From Alphaproteobacteria bacterium (GTDB lineage Bacteria; Pseudomonadota; Alphaproteobacteria; Rs-D84), in the NCBI GenBank assembly GCA_033345195.1, contig JAWPOE010000008.1, positions 112,940 through 176,939 of the forward strand: DNA of 64,000 bases. The letters are read 5' to 3'. The position numbers and the translations under genes were made by a program. A model generated the notes under the pieces. It saw only the letters and a program-made list of their open reading frames with translations. It searched no databases and was not told the origin of the DNA. Each line of letters begins with the position of its first letter. Position 1 is the first letter of the stretch. This document shows, piece by piece, positions 20,854 through 30,889 of the stretch.

Positions 20854-22177
20854 GGTGTTTTCCCTCCTCTAACTCTGCCTTTATTTCACCAACCGCCAAT
20901 GCAACCGCCGCACGCTTTGTAAATAAATCGTATTTTGCCGCATTGTTTTGTTTTTCCGCAGATACCAATTCAGACTGTGCAGTTTGCCAATCCAACATTG
21001 TTGCACGACCAACCTTGTACATACCGGCGGTCACGCGTTCTGATTCTGTGGCAGATTTTAATAACGTTTCCGTTTGTTTTAATACAGTCTGGGCAGTCTT
21101 GTAATTCTGATACGCAGTAAACACGTCCAACGTCGCATTATCTTGGGCGGCACGTTCTTGTTCAATTGCACGGTCATAATTTACCTGGGCAGCGCGGGCA
21201 TTGTATAAGTTCGCAAAACCCGCAAACAACGGCATAGATGCACGGATACCAATACTGCCACTGATTTTGTCAGAACCGGCACCATATGTTTCAGATGGCG
21301 TGTCATTCCAAGACACAGAACCAGATGCAGAAATCGATGGCAAATTACTTAAAAACACACTGTTTCGTCTGTGCCATGCAGAATCCTTGTTCGCGGTTGC
21401 ACGTAATAAATCAGGGCGTGTTTTTTCCGCCTGGGCAAACAATTCGTCCAGCGTCTTGGTTTCCTGGGGTGCGCCAATTTCAGACGGCAGGTCTGCAATT
21501 TCAATATTCTGGTTGGCTGGGAAAGACAATTTGTTTAACAATGTACCCTTGGCAATTTCACGGTTGTTTTTCGCGCGCTCTAAATCAAGATCACGACTGG
21601 CCAATGTGGTGTCAGCCTTTAATACATCTGCCTTGGCCACGGCACCGGCCTTGAACTTTTTCTGGGCGGTATCACGTGCCGTCTGGGCCACAGTACGCAA
21701 CATTTCCGCAGACTTTACGTCTGCATCTGCATTCAACAGGGCATAATAAGAACCAATCAAACTGTAAATATAATTTTGAACAGTTTCATCATAGTCAAAC
21801 CCGGTTGCACGCCATGCGGCCGCAGACTGATTTAAATCAGCCAGACGTTTACCAAAATCAAAAATCAAATAAGATGCCGACAATGACGCACCATATGACC
21901 AATCACCCCATTCCTTGTTTCTGTATGGCAATGATGCCGATGCAGATGCGTTTACACTGGGTAAATAATCCGCATAATTCGCATTTTTTGATAAACGCGC
22001 GGATTCGTATGCCAAATAAGATGCCGTCGTCTGGGGATTTCGACATAATCCCAATTCAATAACCTGGGGCAGATTCAGACGTTCTGATGGCACAGTTGTT
22101 CGTGTCATACAATCATCAGACGCCGCAAATGCACAATATGGCATTAAAAACAGTGCCAAAAATGATACCTTTTTCAT
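20837..22177 (-). CDS. Outer membrane efflux protein (TolC/OMF family)
   Basis: Signal peptide and two OEP repeats with coiled-coil and beta-strand periodicity. Forms an operon with the adaptor. Confidence 0.8.
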   Translation of the reverse strand: MKKVSFLALFLMPYCAFAASDDCMTRTTVPSERLNLPQVIELGLCRNPQTTASYLAYESARLSKNANYADYLPSVNASASASLPYRNKEWGDWSYGASLSASYLIFDFGKRLADLNQSAAAWRATGFDYDETVQNYIYSLIGSYYALLNADADVKSAEMLRTVAQTARDTAQKKFKAGAVAKADVLKADTTLASRDLDLERAKNNREIAKGTLLNKLSFPANQNIEIADLPSEIGAPQETKTLDELFAQAEKTRPDLLRATANKDSAWHRRNSVFLSNLPSISASGSVSWNDTPSETYGAGSDKISGSIGIRASMPLFAGFANLYNARAAQVNYDRAIEQERAAQDNATLDVFTAYQNYKTAQTVLKQTETLLKSATESERVTAGMYKVGRATMLDWQTAQSELVSAEKQNNAAKYDLFTKRAAVALAVGEIKAELEEGKHHEENN

Positions 22178-22271
22178 AGAAACACTCTCTCTTATAAACT
22201 TTATTTATAAGTATACTATTTTTATGTTGAAATACAATTTTTTTTTGCGTAATATGACGACACAAAGTTTT

Positions 22272-22345
22272 GGCCTGGTGGCAGAGTGGTTATGCAGAGG
22301 ACTGCAAATCCTTGGATGCCGGTTCGATTCCGACCCAGGCCTCCA
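22272..22345 (+). tRNA. tRNA-Cys (GCA)
   Basis: Cloverleaf: 7-bp acceptor stem ggcctgg/ccaggcc, anticodon loop ctGCAaa, T-loop GTTCGATTC, discriminator U, encoded CCA. Confidence 0.9.
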
Positions 22346-22349
22346 AAAC

Positions 22350-22386
22350 TAAAAAAACACCCCATAATGCGGGTGTTTTTTGTTTT
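22350..22386. terminator. Rho-independent terminator (hairpin ACACCCcataatgcGGGTGT then T-run) after tRNA-Cys; also functional in the opposite direction
   Basis: GC hairpin followed by a T-run. Confidence 0.7.
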
Positions 22387-22521
22387 ATGGGTTGGAAGAG
22401 AACCGGCCGGTTCGCATACGAGCAAAGGTTTACAAGCGACGTATGATTTTGTCGCGATGTAAACCACTGCGAGTGGTGAGTCAAGTTGCGTTTAGCAACG
22501 GTCGCCAAAGGCGATGCGAAC

Positions 22522-22580
22522 ATTCCGACCCAGGCCTCCAAAACTAAAAAAACACCCCGTAATGCGGGTGTTTTTTGTTT
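22522..22580 (+). repeat. Direct repeat of the 3' 24 nt of tRNA-Cys plus its downstream terminator, a second copy of 22327..22386 with one mismatch and one indel
   Basis: attccgacccaggcctccaaaactaaaaaaacacccc(a/g)taatgcgggtgtttttt occurs twice, about 195 bp apart. Confidence 0.85.
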
Positions 22581-22608
22581 AGGAAAAATCCCCCATGTGG
22601 GGAATGTT

Positions 22609-24915
22609 TTATTTATCACGTATCCGTGCATTACATTTCTTTTCAACCGAATTTATCACAGATGTTTGCAGGGCCTGTAAATCAGAATCAGACATATTAT
22701 CTGTTGGTTGAATTGTTATTGTAAATGCAATCGATTTTGTGCCGTCACCCATATCAAATGCATCAAATACAATCGCGTTTGTTATGCGTGCGTCCGCAGA
22801 ACACGCAACAGACGTCAACTTTTCAGCCGGCGTATCGAAATCTACGATAAATGCAAAGTCGCGTGTTATCGGTTGAAATTCTGATAATGTTGGCTGCTTG
22901 CCACCGCGTTTTGCAGGCAAATTCGCAATATCATCAACAATTGCAATTACAACGTTTGTTTTAATGCGTAATTTTTTTGCAACAGATGGATGAAGTTCAC
23001 CAAATTCTGCAATTTTCTTTTTGCCTTGATACAATGCACCATAACGATACGGATGCGCCCAACGTGGTGCATTTTCTGACGATACCGTGAAACGCTGCCC
23101 CTGCATCAAGGCAATCAAATCAGCCTTAACATCATAAATATCAACATCACGATTGCGACGCGTCCAATGTTTTGGCGAATTGCTGCCGGTGCGAACAATA
23201 CAAACAGATGTATGCTGTTGCCCTGGCATATCGCCATCAAATACGGTTCCCAGTTCAAATAAGTTCAAATCTGGATAACCACGCTTTTCGTTATTTGAAA
23301 CCGCCAGTAACAACCCAAACAGCAATCCATTGCGCAAAGTGTCATAATCTGCGGTAATTGGATTTGCAATTTTAAAATTAGGCTTGTCAGATAACAGTTG
23401 TTCTGTCATTTCGTTTCCAAAACCAAACGACCGACATTCATTCAATCCACGTGACGCCAATGCGACCTTTATATCCATATCATGTGTATCATGTGGATGT
23501 GCGTCACCGATTGTATGTTCAGAATCTATGCCTATTTTTTCGTAACCATGTATACGCAATAAATCAGCAACAATTGTTTCTGGAATTTCAACATCAACAC
23601 GTGCAGGACATGGTGTCACAATCCATGTTTCTGGATTTGAATAATCAACCGTATAGCCCAAGGATACCAAAATATCACGTTGAATATCTTGGGCCATATC
23701 GATACCTGTCTTTTTCAAGAAAGTATTTGGATTATATGCAATCTTGATTTCAGGTGCAGCATCTGTACCGGCTGCAAATGTACCAATAATTTTACCGCCA
23801 CATGTGTCCATTATAATCTGGGCCGCATGCATTGCAGCCGCGCCGGTAATCGTTGGGTCAATACCACGTTCATATCGATATGACGCGTCTGTTGATATAC
23901 CCAATCTTTTTGCAGATTTACGAACAGATACAGGGTCAAAATACGCAGATTCCAAGATAATATTCTTGGTATCATCTGTGGTTGCACCACGCGCACCACC
24001 AATCACACCCGCCAGTGCCAAAATACCAGATGCGTCTGTGATAACCATATCTGTATCAACCAATTCATGTTCGTTACCAAACAAGTCTGTGAACTTTTCA
24101 CCATTGTTTGCCATACGTACAACAATATCGCCATCAATTTCGTCTGCGTCAAAACAGTGCATTGGTTGCGCCATGTCATAACAGATATAATTTGTTGCAT
24201 CAACCGGTGCATTTTTCGGATTTATGCCAATCGCAGCAAGTCTGGATGCAATTTTTTTATCACTGGGGTTAACCGTTATACCATGTATTTCAATCATTTT
24301 ATATGCACGGCATTTGTCTGTTTTTAATATAACCTGACGATTTCCAGAAACACTGTTGAACGGTGTGTCATTTGGTTCAATATATTCACCAATACCCGCC
24401 GCAGATAAATCGCGCGCAATGCCACGTACAGATAAATAATCAGGTCTGTTTGGTGTTATACCTGCATCAAATACAGTTTTTGCGTCCAAAACATCGGAAC
24501 CAATCACAGAATCATCTGGCAATTCGATAATACCACTGTGGTCATCATTTATCCCCAATTCTTTACCAGAACACATCATGCCGTCTGATAATACACCACG
24601 CAGTTTACCAGACTGAATTTCATGACCATCAATAATACAACCCGGTATTGCCAGCGCAGATATTAAACCCACACGTGCATTTGGTGCGCCACATACAACC
24701 TGGCGCAATGTACCAGATCCATCATCAACCATTAATACATGCAAGTGGTCGCTGTTTTCATGTGGCTTGCATTCAACAATACGCGCCACAATTGGTGATT
24801 TTGGGGCGATAACGTCATCAACTTCTAGTCCGATTTGGGTCAGTGTATCGGCGATTTCGGATGCAGTTGCATCTGTTTTTAAATAATCTTTTAACCAATC
24901 ATATGTCCATTTCAT
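22609..24915 (-). CDS. pheT: Phenylalanyl-tRNA synthetase beta subunit
   Basis: N-terminal tRNA-binding domain with B3/B4, B5 and C-terminal FDX-like domains. Downstream of pheS. Confidence 0.95.
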   Translation of the reverse strand: MKWTYDWLKDYLKTDATASEIADTLTQIGLEVDDVIAPKSPIVARIVECKPHENSDHLHVLMVDDGSGTLRQVVCGAPNARVGLISALAIPGCIIDGHEIQSGKLRGVLSDGMMCSGKELGINDDHSGIIELPDDSVIGSDVLDAKTVFDAGITPNRPDYLSVRGIARDLSAAGIGEYIEPNDTPFNSVSGNRQVILKTDKCRAYKMIEIHGITVNPSDKKIASRLAAIGINPKNAPVDATNYICYDMAQPMHCFDADEIDGDIVVRMANNGEKFTDLFGNEHELVDTDMVITDASGILALAGVIGGARGATTDDTKNIILESAYFDPVSVRKSAKRLGISTDASYRYERGIDPTITGAAAMHAAQIIMDTCGGKIIGTFAAGTDAAPEIKIAYNPNTFLKKTGIDMAQDIQRDILVSLGYTVDYSNPETWIVTPCPARVDVEIPETIVADLLRIHGYEKIGIDSEHTIGDAHPHDTHDMDIKVALASRGLNECRSFGFGNEMTEQLLSDKPNFKIANPITADYDTLRNGLLFGLLLAVSNNEKRGYPDLNLFELGTVFDGDMPGQQHTSVCIVRTGSNSPKHWTRRNRDVDIYDVKADLIALMQGQRFTVSSENAPRWAHPYRYGALYQGKKKIAEFGELHPSVAKKLRIKTNVVIAIVDDIANLPAKRGGKQPTLSEFQPITRDFAFIVDFDTPAEKLTSVACSADARITNAIVFDAFDMGDGTKSIAFTITIQPTDNMSDSDLQALQTSVINSVEKKCNARIRDK

Positions 24916-24931
24916 TTTTTATTCCCCCGTT

Positions 24932-25879
24932 TTAGAAACCAGCCGATTTCAACCAGCGAACATCATTATTATACAAATCACGCAAGTCAGGCAGATTGTA
25001 TTTCAACATCGCCAATCTGTCCCAACCAAAACCAAATGCAAAACCCTGATAATCATCTGGGTCAATACCACAGTTACGCAAAACATTTGGATGAACCATA
25101 CCTGCACCCATAATTTCAAGCCATTTGCCACCATGCCATTTCAGGTCAATTTCAATAGACGGGTCTGTGAATGGAAAGTAAGACGGACGAATACGCAATT
25201 CAACATTATCTATACCAAAAAAGCGGGATAAAAATGCACGAACATCCGCAATTAAGTCTGACATAGTAATGTTTTCATCAATATACAACCCTTCGATTTG
25301 ACCAAACATTGGACCGTGTGTTGCATCCCATTCTTTGCGATAAGTAGAACCAACACCAAACATTTTAATCGGCACACCATCGCGTTCCATTGCGCGAATT
25401 TGAATCGCAGATGTCTGGGTACGCAAAACATTACCGTTTGGTAAAAAGAAAGTATCCTGCATATCACGGGCAGGGTGATGCATTGGTGTATTCAATGCGG
25501 TAAAGTTATGCCAATCATCTTCAACCTCTGGTCCGGTATACATTGTATAACCAAAAGATTCTAAAATCTTTGCAATTTCTGACAGCCCGCGTGTCAATGG
25601 ATGTAATGTGCCACGATTTTCAGGCAATGGATTTAATGAAACATCCAACTTTTGTTTCTGCAAAGATGCCATCAAAATTTCATTTTCAATTTCGCTTTGA
25701 CGTGTTTTGAACAATTCGCGCAACGCCTGATTTTCCAGATTTAATGCCGCGCGCGCGTCATTGTCCAGATTCTTCATTTCTTTTAAACGCGCAGTCATTG
25801 TTCCATTTTTACCAAAGACAGACGCATATAATGCCTGTAATTCTTCCAGTGTTTTTATATTTTTTATTTGTTCGTGCAT
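24932..25879 (-). CDS. pheS: Phenylalanyl-tRNA synthetase alpha subunit
   Basis: Class II core motifs (FRPSYFPFTEPS-like and GFAFGFGWDRLAML). Confidence 0.95.
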   Translation of the reverse strand: MHEQIKNIKTLEELQALYASVFGKNGTMTARLKEMKNLDNDARAALNLENQALRELFKTRQSEIENEILMASLQKQKLDVSLNPLPENRGTLHPLTRGLSEIAKILESFGYTMYTGPEVEDDWHNFTALNTPMHHPARDMQDTFFLPNGNVLRTQTSAIQIRAMERDGVPIKMFGVGSTYRKEWDATHGPMFGQIEGLYIDENITMSDLIADVRAFLSRFFGIDNVELRIRPSYFPFTDPSIEIDLKWHGGKWLEIMGAGMVHPNVLRNCGIDPDDYQGFAFGFGWDRLAMLKYNLPDLRDLYNNDVRWLKSAGF

Positions 25880-25967
25880 AACTTCTTACCTTAAAAACTT
25901 TATAAATTAAAAAGCCGTCGTTTGACGGCTTTTATTATTACAAAACAGATACCCCGCCGACAAGGTA

Positions 25968-26336
25968 TTATTTACTTTCGGCGTTGTTAAATCGTTTCGC
26001 TGTATCAACCAATTTGATGAAGTTTGCATCGCCTGCATATGCCATTTCGGCCAAAACCTTGCGGTCCAGGGCAATACCAGCCTTTTTCAAGCCGTTCATA
26101 AACTGGCTGTAAGTCATACCATTTGCGCGCACAGCGGCGTTGATACGAACAATCCACAAACCACGAAATTCACGTTTTTTAACGCGACGGTCGCGATATG
26201 CATACTGTCCTGCCTTTTCCGTTTTTTCACGGGCGGCACGATATGTTGAATGATGACGGCCCAAATAACCCTTGGCACGCGCCAAAATCTTGTTATGTTT
26301 TTGTTTTACGGTTGTTCCGCGTTTTACTCTTGCCAT
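25968..26336 (-). CDS. rplT: 50S ribosomal protein L20
   Basis: MARVKRG...KILARAKGY... canonical bL20. Confidence 0.95.
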   Translation of the reverse strand: MARVKRGTTVKQKHNKILARAKGYLGRHHSTYRAAREKTEKAGQYAYRDRRVKKREFRGLWIVRINAAVRANGMTYSQFMNGLKKAGIALDRKVLAEMAYAGDANFIKLVDTAKRFNNAESK

Positions 26337-26349
26337 GACCTATACCCCC

Positions 26350-26553
26350 TTATTTCAAACCATATGGTGCCAGGATTTTTGCCTGTCCGACCATGTTATC
26401 GTTCAAATACTGTGGCTTTGCACCTGCCTTGTTTGCACGGGCAGATTTCTTGCGCAACAGTTTCTTGTGAGAGTTGCGTGCAACACGGATTTTACCAGTT
26501 GCGGTCATAGACGCACGTTTTTTTAAGTACGACTTTGTCTTTAATTTTGGCAT
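26350..26553 (-). CDS. rpmI: 50S ribosomal protein L35
   Basis: MPKLKTKS...KKR..TATGK start. Track ORF trimmed to the internal ATG. Confidence 0.9.
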   Translation of the reverse strand: MPKLKTKSYLKKRASMTATGKIRVARNSHKKLLRKKSARANKAGAKPQYLNDNMVGQAKILAPYGLK

Positions 26554-26693
26554 TTTATATCCTCTTGTTATTAGAATAAAATTACAGTCTGATGGCAATG
26601 CCTTGCCACTTTGACCGATGCAATTGTGACATAAATAAATGAAAAATCAAGTTTTTATTGAATATCTGACTTTTTAGGATTAAAGTAAGCGCG

Positions 26694-27515
26694 ATGAACA
26701 ATAACAAATTATCTTCCAGAGTATACCCTGTGATAAAGGCAGTATGTGCAAGTGCACTGTTGCCGGTGCTGTTTATATATATCATGATTGCAAAGCCGGA
26801 TTATAAGATTATGAATGCACTGTCACATGTTGTTGTTCCGGTTGCACAGGCTGTCGGGAACCTGGTCACATGGCCAATTCGTGTCGTAGGTGACGTAATT
26901 GGCGGAATTACAGAATTATCAAATCTGCGGTCAGAAAACGAGGAACTGCGCACCCGATTAGACAAGGCATTAATCGATAAAAATGTATGCGATATAGCAA
27001 TCGCAGAAAATAAAAAACTGAATAAAGAACTAAATATTGTTAATTCACAGCCACGCGACACAATTATTGCCGACGTTATTCATGATAATAGCGTATTGGG
27101 ACATAATACATATATTATCAACCGCGGTGAAAAGGATGGATTGGTGTCTGGAATGGTCGTAACATCAACTGATATGATGTTGGCAGGTATTATTATTGAT
27201 GTTGCAGAAAACTTTGCACGTGTACGCGCATTGACAGATGCAGATACAAATATCGCCGTACGTGTCGTTGGTTCCGAAGTATACGGTTTTATGACTGGAA
27301 ACGGTTCCAGCCGACCAACAATGGGTTTTTTTAGCGATCCTGAATTTCAACCAACAGCAGGTATAAAACTGGTAACCAGTAATATTTCTGGCATTTTACC
27401 AAATGGCATAATGGTTGGAGAATTGACAGAAGACATGGATGTAAAAGTATTGCATCATTCGAAATTATCACGTGTTTTGATATTAAAATTTGACGAAAAA
27501 AATGAATATAAATGA
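26694..27515 (+). CDS. mreC: Rod shape-determining protein MreC
   Basis: N-terminal TM, coiled-coil, C-terminal beta domains. Followed by mreD-mrdA-rodA. Confidence 0.85.
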   Translation: MNNNKLSSRVYPVIKAVCASALLPVLFIYIMIAKPDYKIMNALSHVVVPVAQAVGNLVTWPIRVVGDVIGGITELSNLRSENEELRTRLDKALIDKNVCDIAIAENKKLNKELNIVNSQPRDTIIADVIHDNSVLGHNTYIINRGEKDGLVSGMVVTSTDMMLAGIIIDVAENFARVRALTDADTNIAVRVVGSEVYGFMTGNGSSRPTMGFFSDPEFQPTAGIKLVTSNISGILPNGIMVGELTEDMDVKVLHHSKLSRVLILKFDEKNEYK

Positions 27516-27967
27516 ATGTAAAAATTGTTGATTTTTTGCGTGGGGCATTTCCATTTTTGATAACCGTCGGTTTGTGGCGGTTATCTGATTCTTTTTGGAA
27601 TCCAGCAGGAATATTGGCAATTATTCCGATATTCTTTTGTTCTTTTGTACGACACGTACCGGGGTTTACAGTTTTTTCAATATTAATGTGTTTCGTTATT
27701 GATTATAAATTTGAAACAGTGTGTTTTTGGATGGCAATGTATTGCCTGTTCTATGCAATAATCGGTTTTCAAAATCTGATTGATTTAACACGTATGGATA
27801 AAAATGGACTGGGTGCATTTATGGTATTTTTTGGTTTTACTGTACTGATTCAAGTTTTAACTAATTTTACATTTATAAATCTGGCACGTGGACTGTGGAT
27901 GTTTGTGTGGACATGTGCACTGTACATACCAACAACGGCATTAATCAAAAGGATTCATCATGATTGA
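27512..27967 (+). CDS. mreD: Rod shape-determining protein MreD (polytopic membrane protein)
   Basis: About 150 aa with 4-5 TM helices. Position between mreC and the PBP2 gene, with start/stop overlaps. Confidence 0.6.
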   Translation: MNVKIVDFLRGAFPFLITVGLWRLSDSFWNPAGILAIIPIFFCSFVRHVPGFTVFSILMCFVIDYKFETVCFWMAMYCLFYAIIGFQNLIDLTRMDKNGLGAFMVFFGFTVLIQVLTNFTFINLARGLWMFVWTCALYIPTTALIKRIHHD

Positions 27968-29735
27968 TACCGAAGTTGCACGTACATTTGACCGACGCAG
28001 TGCATTGTTTTTGACCGGTGGGGCGGTGTTAACATCTGCGCTGGTGTTGCGTATGTTGCAAATGCAGCTGTTTAATTATCGTGAATATAAAAAGAAAAGT
28101 GAAAATAATTCGTTCCGTATTCAAATTAATATGCCTGAACGTGGTAAAATAATGTCACGAAATGATACGCCAATTTCACGCGATGCGCCAACTTACCGTA
28201 TATACATCATTCCAGAAGAAGCAAAAGATATTGAACAATTAATTACAATTGTCGAACAAGACCTGAAATTAAAACCAAAAAAAGTTGAACGAATTCGTGC
28301 AAAAATAAAAAAACAATTAAAATTTCAACCGGTGTTGGTCAGCGAAAATACTGATTGGAATATGCTGGCAGGATTACAGGCAAAAAATCTGCCCGGGCTG
28401 CATGTGGAAAGTGGTTATGCACGTATTTATGAACTGGGGCCGGCGGGTGCACAAATATTTGGTTATGTCGGCGAACCAAAAAAACCCGTACCAAATGCAC
28501 CGTTTTTAACCACAGGTATAACTGGTCTTGAAAAAAAATATGATGACCAGATGAAGGGTACTGCCGGACAAACCGTTATGATTGCAAATGCGGTTGGACG
28601 TGTCACAGGTGAAGACAAGTCACAATATATCGCACCAATTGTTGGTGAAAATATAAAAACAACAATTGATGATGATGCACAGCGCGTATTGTATGATGCG
28701 CTAACACAACATCGTTCGGGCTGTGGGGTTGCATTGGAAATCGAAACAGGTGATATTTTGGCCATGGTTTCAACCCCCAGTTTTGACCCAAATATGTTCC
28801 GTGAAGATGATGCTGATGAATATCTTGATACACTGCGTGATGATATTGCAAAACCATTTATGAATAAAACAATCGAAGGACTGTACCCACCTGGTTCAAC
28901 ATTCAAAATTGTGGTCGCATTGGCAGGATTGGAATCCGGTGCAATTAACCCACGTGAAAAAATATTCTGTCCAGGACACTGGGACTATGGCGACAGACGT
29001 TATCATTGTTGGGAAGACAAAGGACACGGATGGGTCGATTTGGCTGGTGCATTAAAACATTCTTGTGATATTTATTTCTATCAAATGGCGCTGCGTATCG
29101 GTATAAATGCAATAAAAAATATGGCGCTGCGTTTGGGATTTACAGAAAAATTTATGGATGATATTCTGTCGCGCGAAATGACCGGGGTTATGCCTGATAG
29201 ACATTGGAAAGAAAAAAATGTTGGCGTACGTTGGGTTCATGGTGATACCGTTATTTCTGGTATTGGTCAGGGATTTATATTGGCAAATTGTTTGCAACTG
29301 GCAGTTATGATGGCGCGCGCATCGTCAAACAAGGCTGTTATACCACGAATTATTGCCAGTGATGAAAAACCATATTTCGATAGTATGAATCTGCAAGATA
29401 AAAATATTAAATATGTATTAAAAGGGCTGGAACAGGTCTTGGAACCAGGCGGCACCGCCAGTGGCAGCGCAATAAATATAAACGGTATGCGTATGGGTGG
29501 AAAAACTGGAACATCACAGGTACGCAGTATTTCAAAAAAAGAACGTTTAAGCGGTGTTCTGACCAACGAACAATTAAAATGGCATATGCGAAATCACGGA
29601 CTGTTTGTTGGATATGCACCGACAGACAACCCAAAATACGCCGTATGCGTTATCACAGAACATTCAGGGTCCAGTGGACCTGCGGCACGCAGTGCCAGCG
29701 CGTTAATGCGTCAACTATTAAAAAAGAAATCGTAA
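27960..29735 (+). CDS. mrdA: Penicillin-binding protein 2 (elongasome transpeptidase)
   Basis: SxxK (STFK), SxN-like and KTG(T) (KTGTSQ) motifs. Confidence 0.9.
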   Translation: MIDTEVARTFDRRSALFLTGGAVLTSALVLRMLQMQLFNYREYKKKSENNSFRIQINMPERGKIMSRNDTPISRDAPTYRIYIIPEEAKDIEQLITIVEQDLKLKPKKVERIRAKIKKQLKFQPVLVSENTDWNMLAGLQAKNLPGLHVESGYARIYELGPAGAQIFGYVGEPKKPVPNAPFLTTGITGLEKKYDDQMKGTAGQTVMIANAVGRVTGEDKSQYIAPIVGENIKTTIDDDAQRVLYDALTQHRSGCGVALEIETGDILAMVSTPSFDPNMFREDDADEYLDTLRDDIAKPFMNKTIEGLYPPGSTFKIVVALAGLESGAINPREKIFCPGHWDYGDRRYHCWEDKGHGWVDLAGALKHSCDIYFYQMALRIGINAIKNMALRLGFTEKFMDDILSREMTGVMPDRHWKEKNVGVRWVHGDTVISGIGQGFILANCLQLAVMMARASSNKAVIPRIIASDEKPYFDSMNLQDKNIKYVLKGLEQVLEPGGTASGSAININGMRMGGKTGTSQVRSISKKERLSGVLTNEQLKWHMRNHGLFVGYAPTDNPKYAVCVITEHSGSSGPAARSASALMRQLLKKKS

Positions 29736-29739
29736 AACA

Positions 29740-30885
29740 ATGGCCAGACAAACACGTGTTTCAAATGCAAATATGATGACATTCCATGAAAAATTAAGCC
29801 GATTTTCATGGGGTATGTTTGTGCCAATGTGTATGGTATTAACAATATCTATTGTTGTTCTATATTCCGCAGGTGGGGGAAACTGGAAACCATTTGCATT
29901 ATCACAACTGATGAAAATTGTTCTGGGATTTGGGGTGTTTTTTATCGCAGCATTTTCAAACATTAAAACATGGGTTAAATCTGCATATCTGATTTATGCA
30001 ATTGCACTGATTATGATTATACTGGTGACATTCGTTGGTCATACAGGTATGGGGGCGCAACGATGGTTAAATCTGGGGTTTATTCATGTGCAACCGTCTG
30101 AATTAATCAAAATCGGTTTGGTTGTGGCATTGGCACGATATTTTGCATGGTTTAATTCCGTTGAACTGGGACAATTCAAAAACTATTTAATACCCGGGTT
30201 AATGCTATTAATACCATTTGGTTTAATTGTGGCACAGCCTGATTTAGGAACCGCATTATCATTGGGTATGATTACAGTGGGCGTTTTCTATATTGTGGGC
30301 GCAAATAAAAAATGGTTTATTATCGCAGCAATTTTAGGTTGCATGGCGGCACCTGTTGTTTGGTATGGCGGACTGCACGATTATCAACGTGGACGTATTA
30401 TTACTTTTATAAACCCAGACAGTGATATCCAAGGTGCCGGTTATCAAATTAACCAGGCAAAAATCGCGTTCGGCAGTGGGGGTATGACCGGTAAAGGATA
30501 TATGAAAGGATCACAATCACAACAATCATTCTTGCCAGAAAAACAGACTGATTTTATTTTCACAATGTTGGGTGAAGAATTTGGATTTATTGGTGCGTTC
30601 ATACTATTAATGATTTACACTTGGATTGTTGTTGTACTGTTTTGGTGTGCAAAACTGTGCCGAAATCGATTTGGGCAATTAATCTGTTTTGGTTTTATGT
30701 TGAACTTTTTTGTTTATTACTTTATAAATATCTCTATGGTTTTGGGATTGTTGCCAACTGTTGGTGTACCGTTGCCATTAATGTCATTTGGTGGCAGCAG
30801 TTTATTATCACTGATGTTTGGGTTTGGACTGTGCCAGAACGCGTATATTCACAAAGACCAACAATTATCTGCAAAGGGGAGTTAG
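29740..30885 (+). CDS. rodA: Peptidoglycan glycosyltransferase RodA (SEDS family)
   Basis: 10-TM SEDS protein downstream of mrdA. Confidence 0.9.
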   Translation: MARQTRVSNANMMTFHEKLSRFSWGMFVPMCMVLTISIVVLYSAGGGNWKPFALSQLMKIVLGFGVFFIAAFSNIKTWVKSAYLIYAIALIMIILVTFVGHTGMGAQRWLNLGFIHVQPSELIKIGLVVALARYFAWFNSVELGQFKNYLIPGLMLLIPFGLIVAQPDLGTALSLGMITVGVFYIVGANKKWFIIAAILGCMAAPVVWYGGLHDYQRGRIITFINPDSDIQGAGYQINQAKIAFGSGGMTGKGYMKGSQSQQSFLPEKQTDFIFTMLGEEFGFIGAFILLMIYTWIVVVLFWCAKLCRNRFGQLICFGFMLNFFVYYFINISMVLGLLPTVGVPLPLMSFGGSSLLSLMFGFGLCQNAYIHKDQQLSAKGS

Positions 30886-30889
30886 GGAT

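Noticed and set aside
22386-22545. Possibility that the tRNA-like 3' end at 22522..22545 belongs to a tmRNA (two-piece, alphaproteobacterial) or another tRNA-like ncRNA
   Set aside because: No T-loop GTTCGA, no acceptor 5' strand, no tag-peptide reading frame ending in ..AA before the fragment. The repeat extends through the downstream terminator, which fits a duplication or att site rather than an RNA gene. Left as a low-probability alternative.
22222-22646. ORFs 22222..22467 (-) and 22290..22646 (-) spanning the tRNA-Cys region
   Set aside because: They overlap a bona fide tRNA and its duplicated terminator. Both translate the repeat twice (..KTPALRGVFLVLEAWVG.. and ..KTPALWGVFLVLEAWVG..), so they are artefacts of the repeat.
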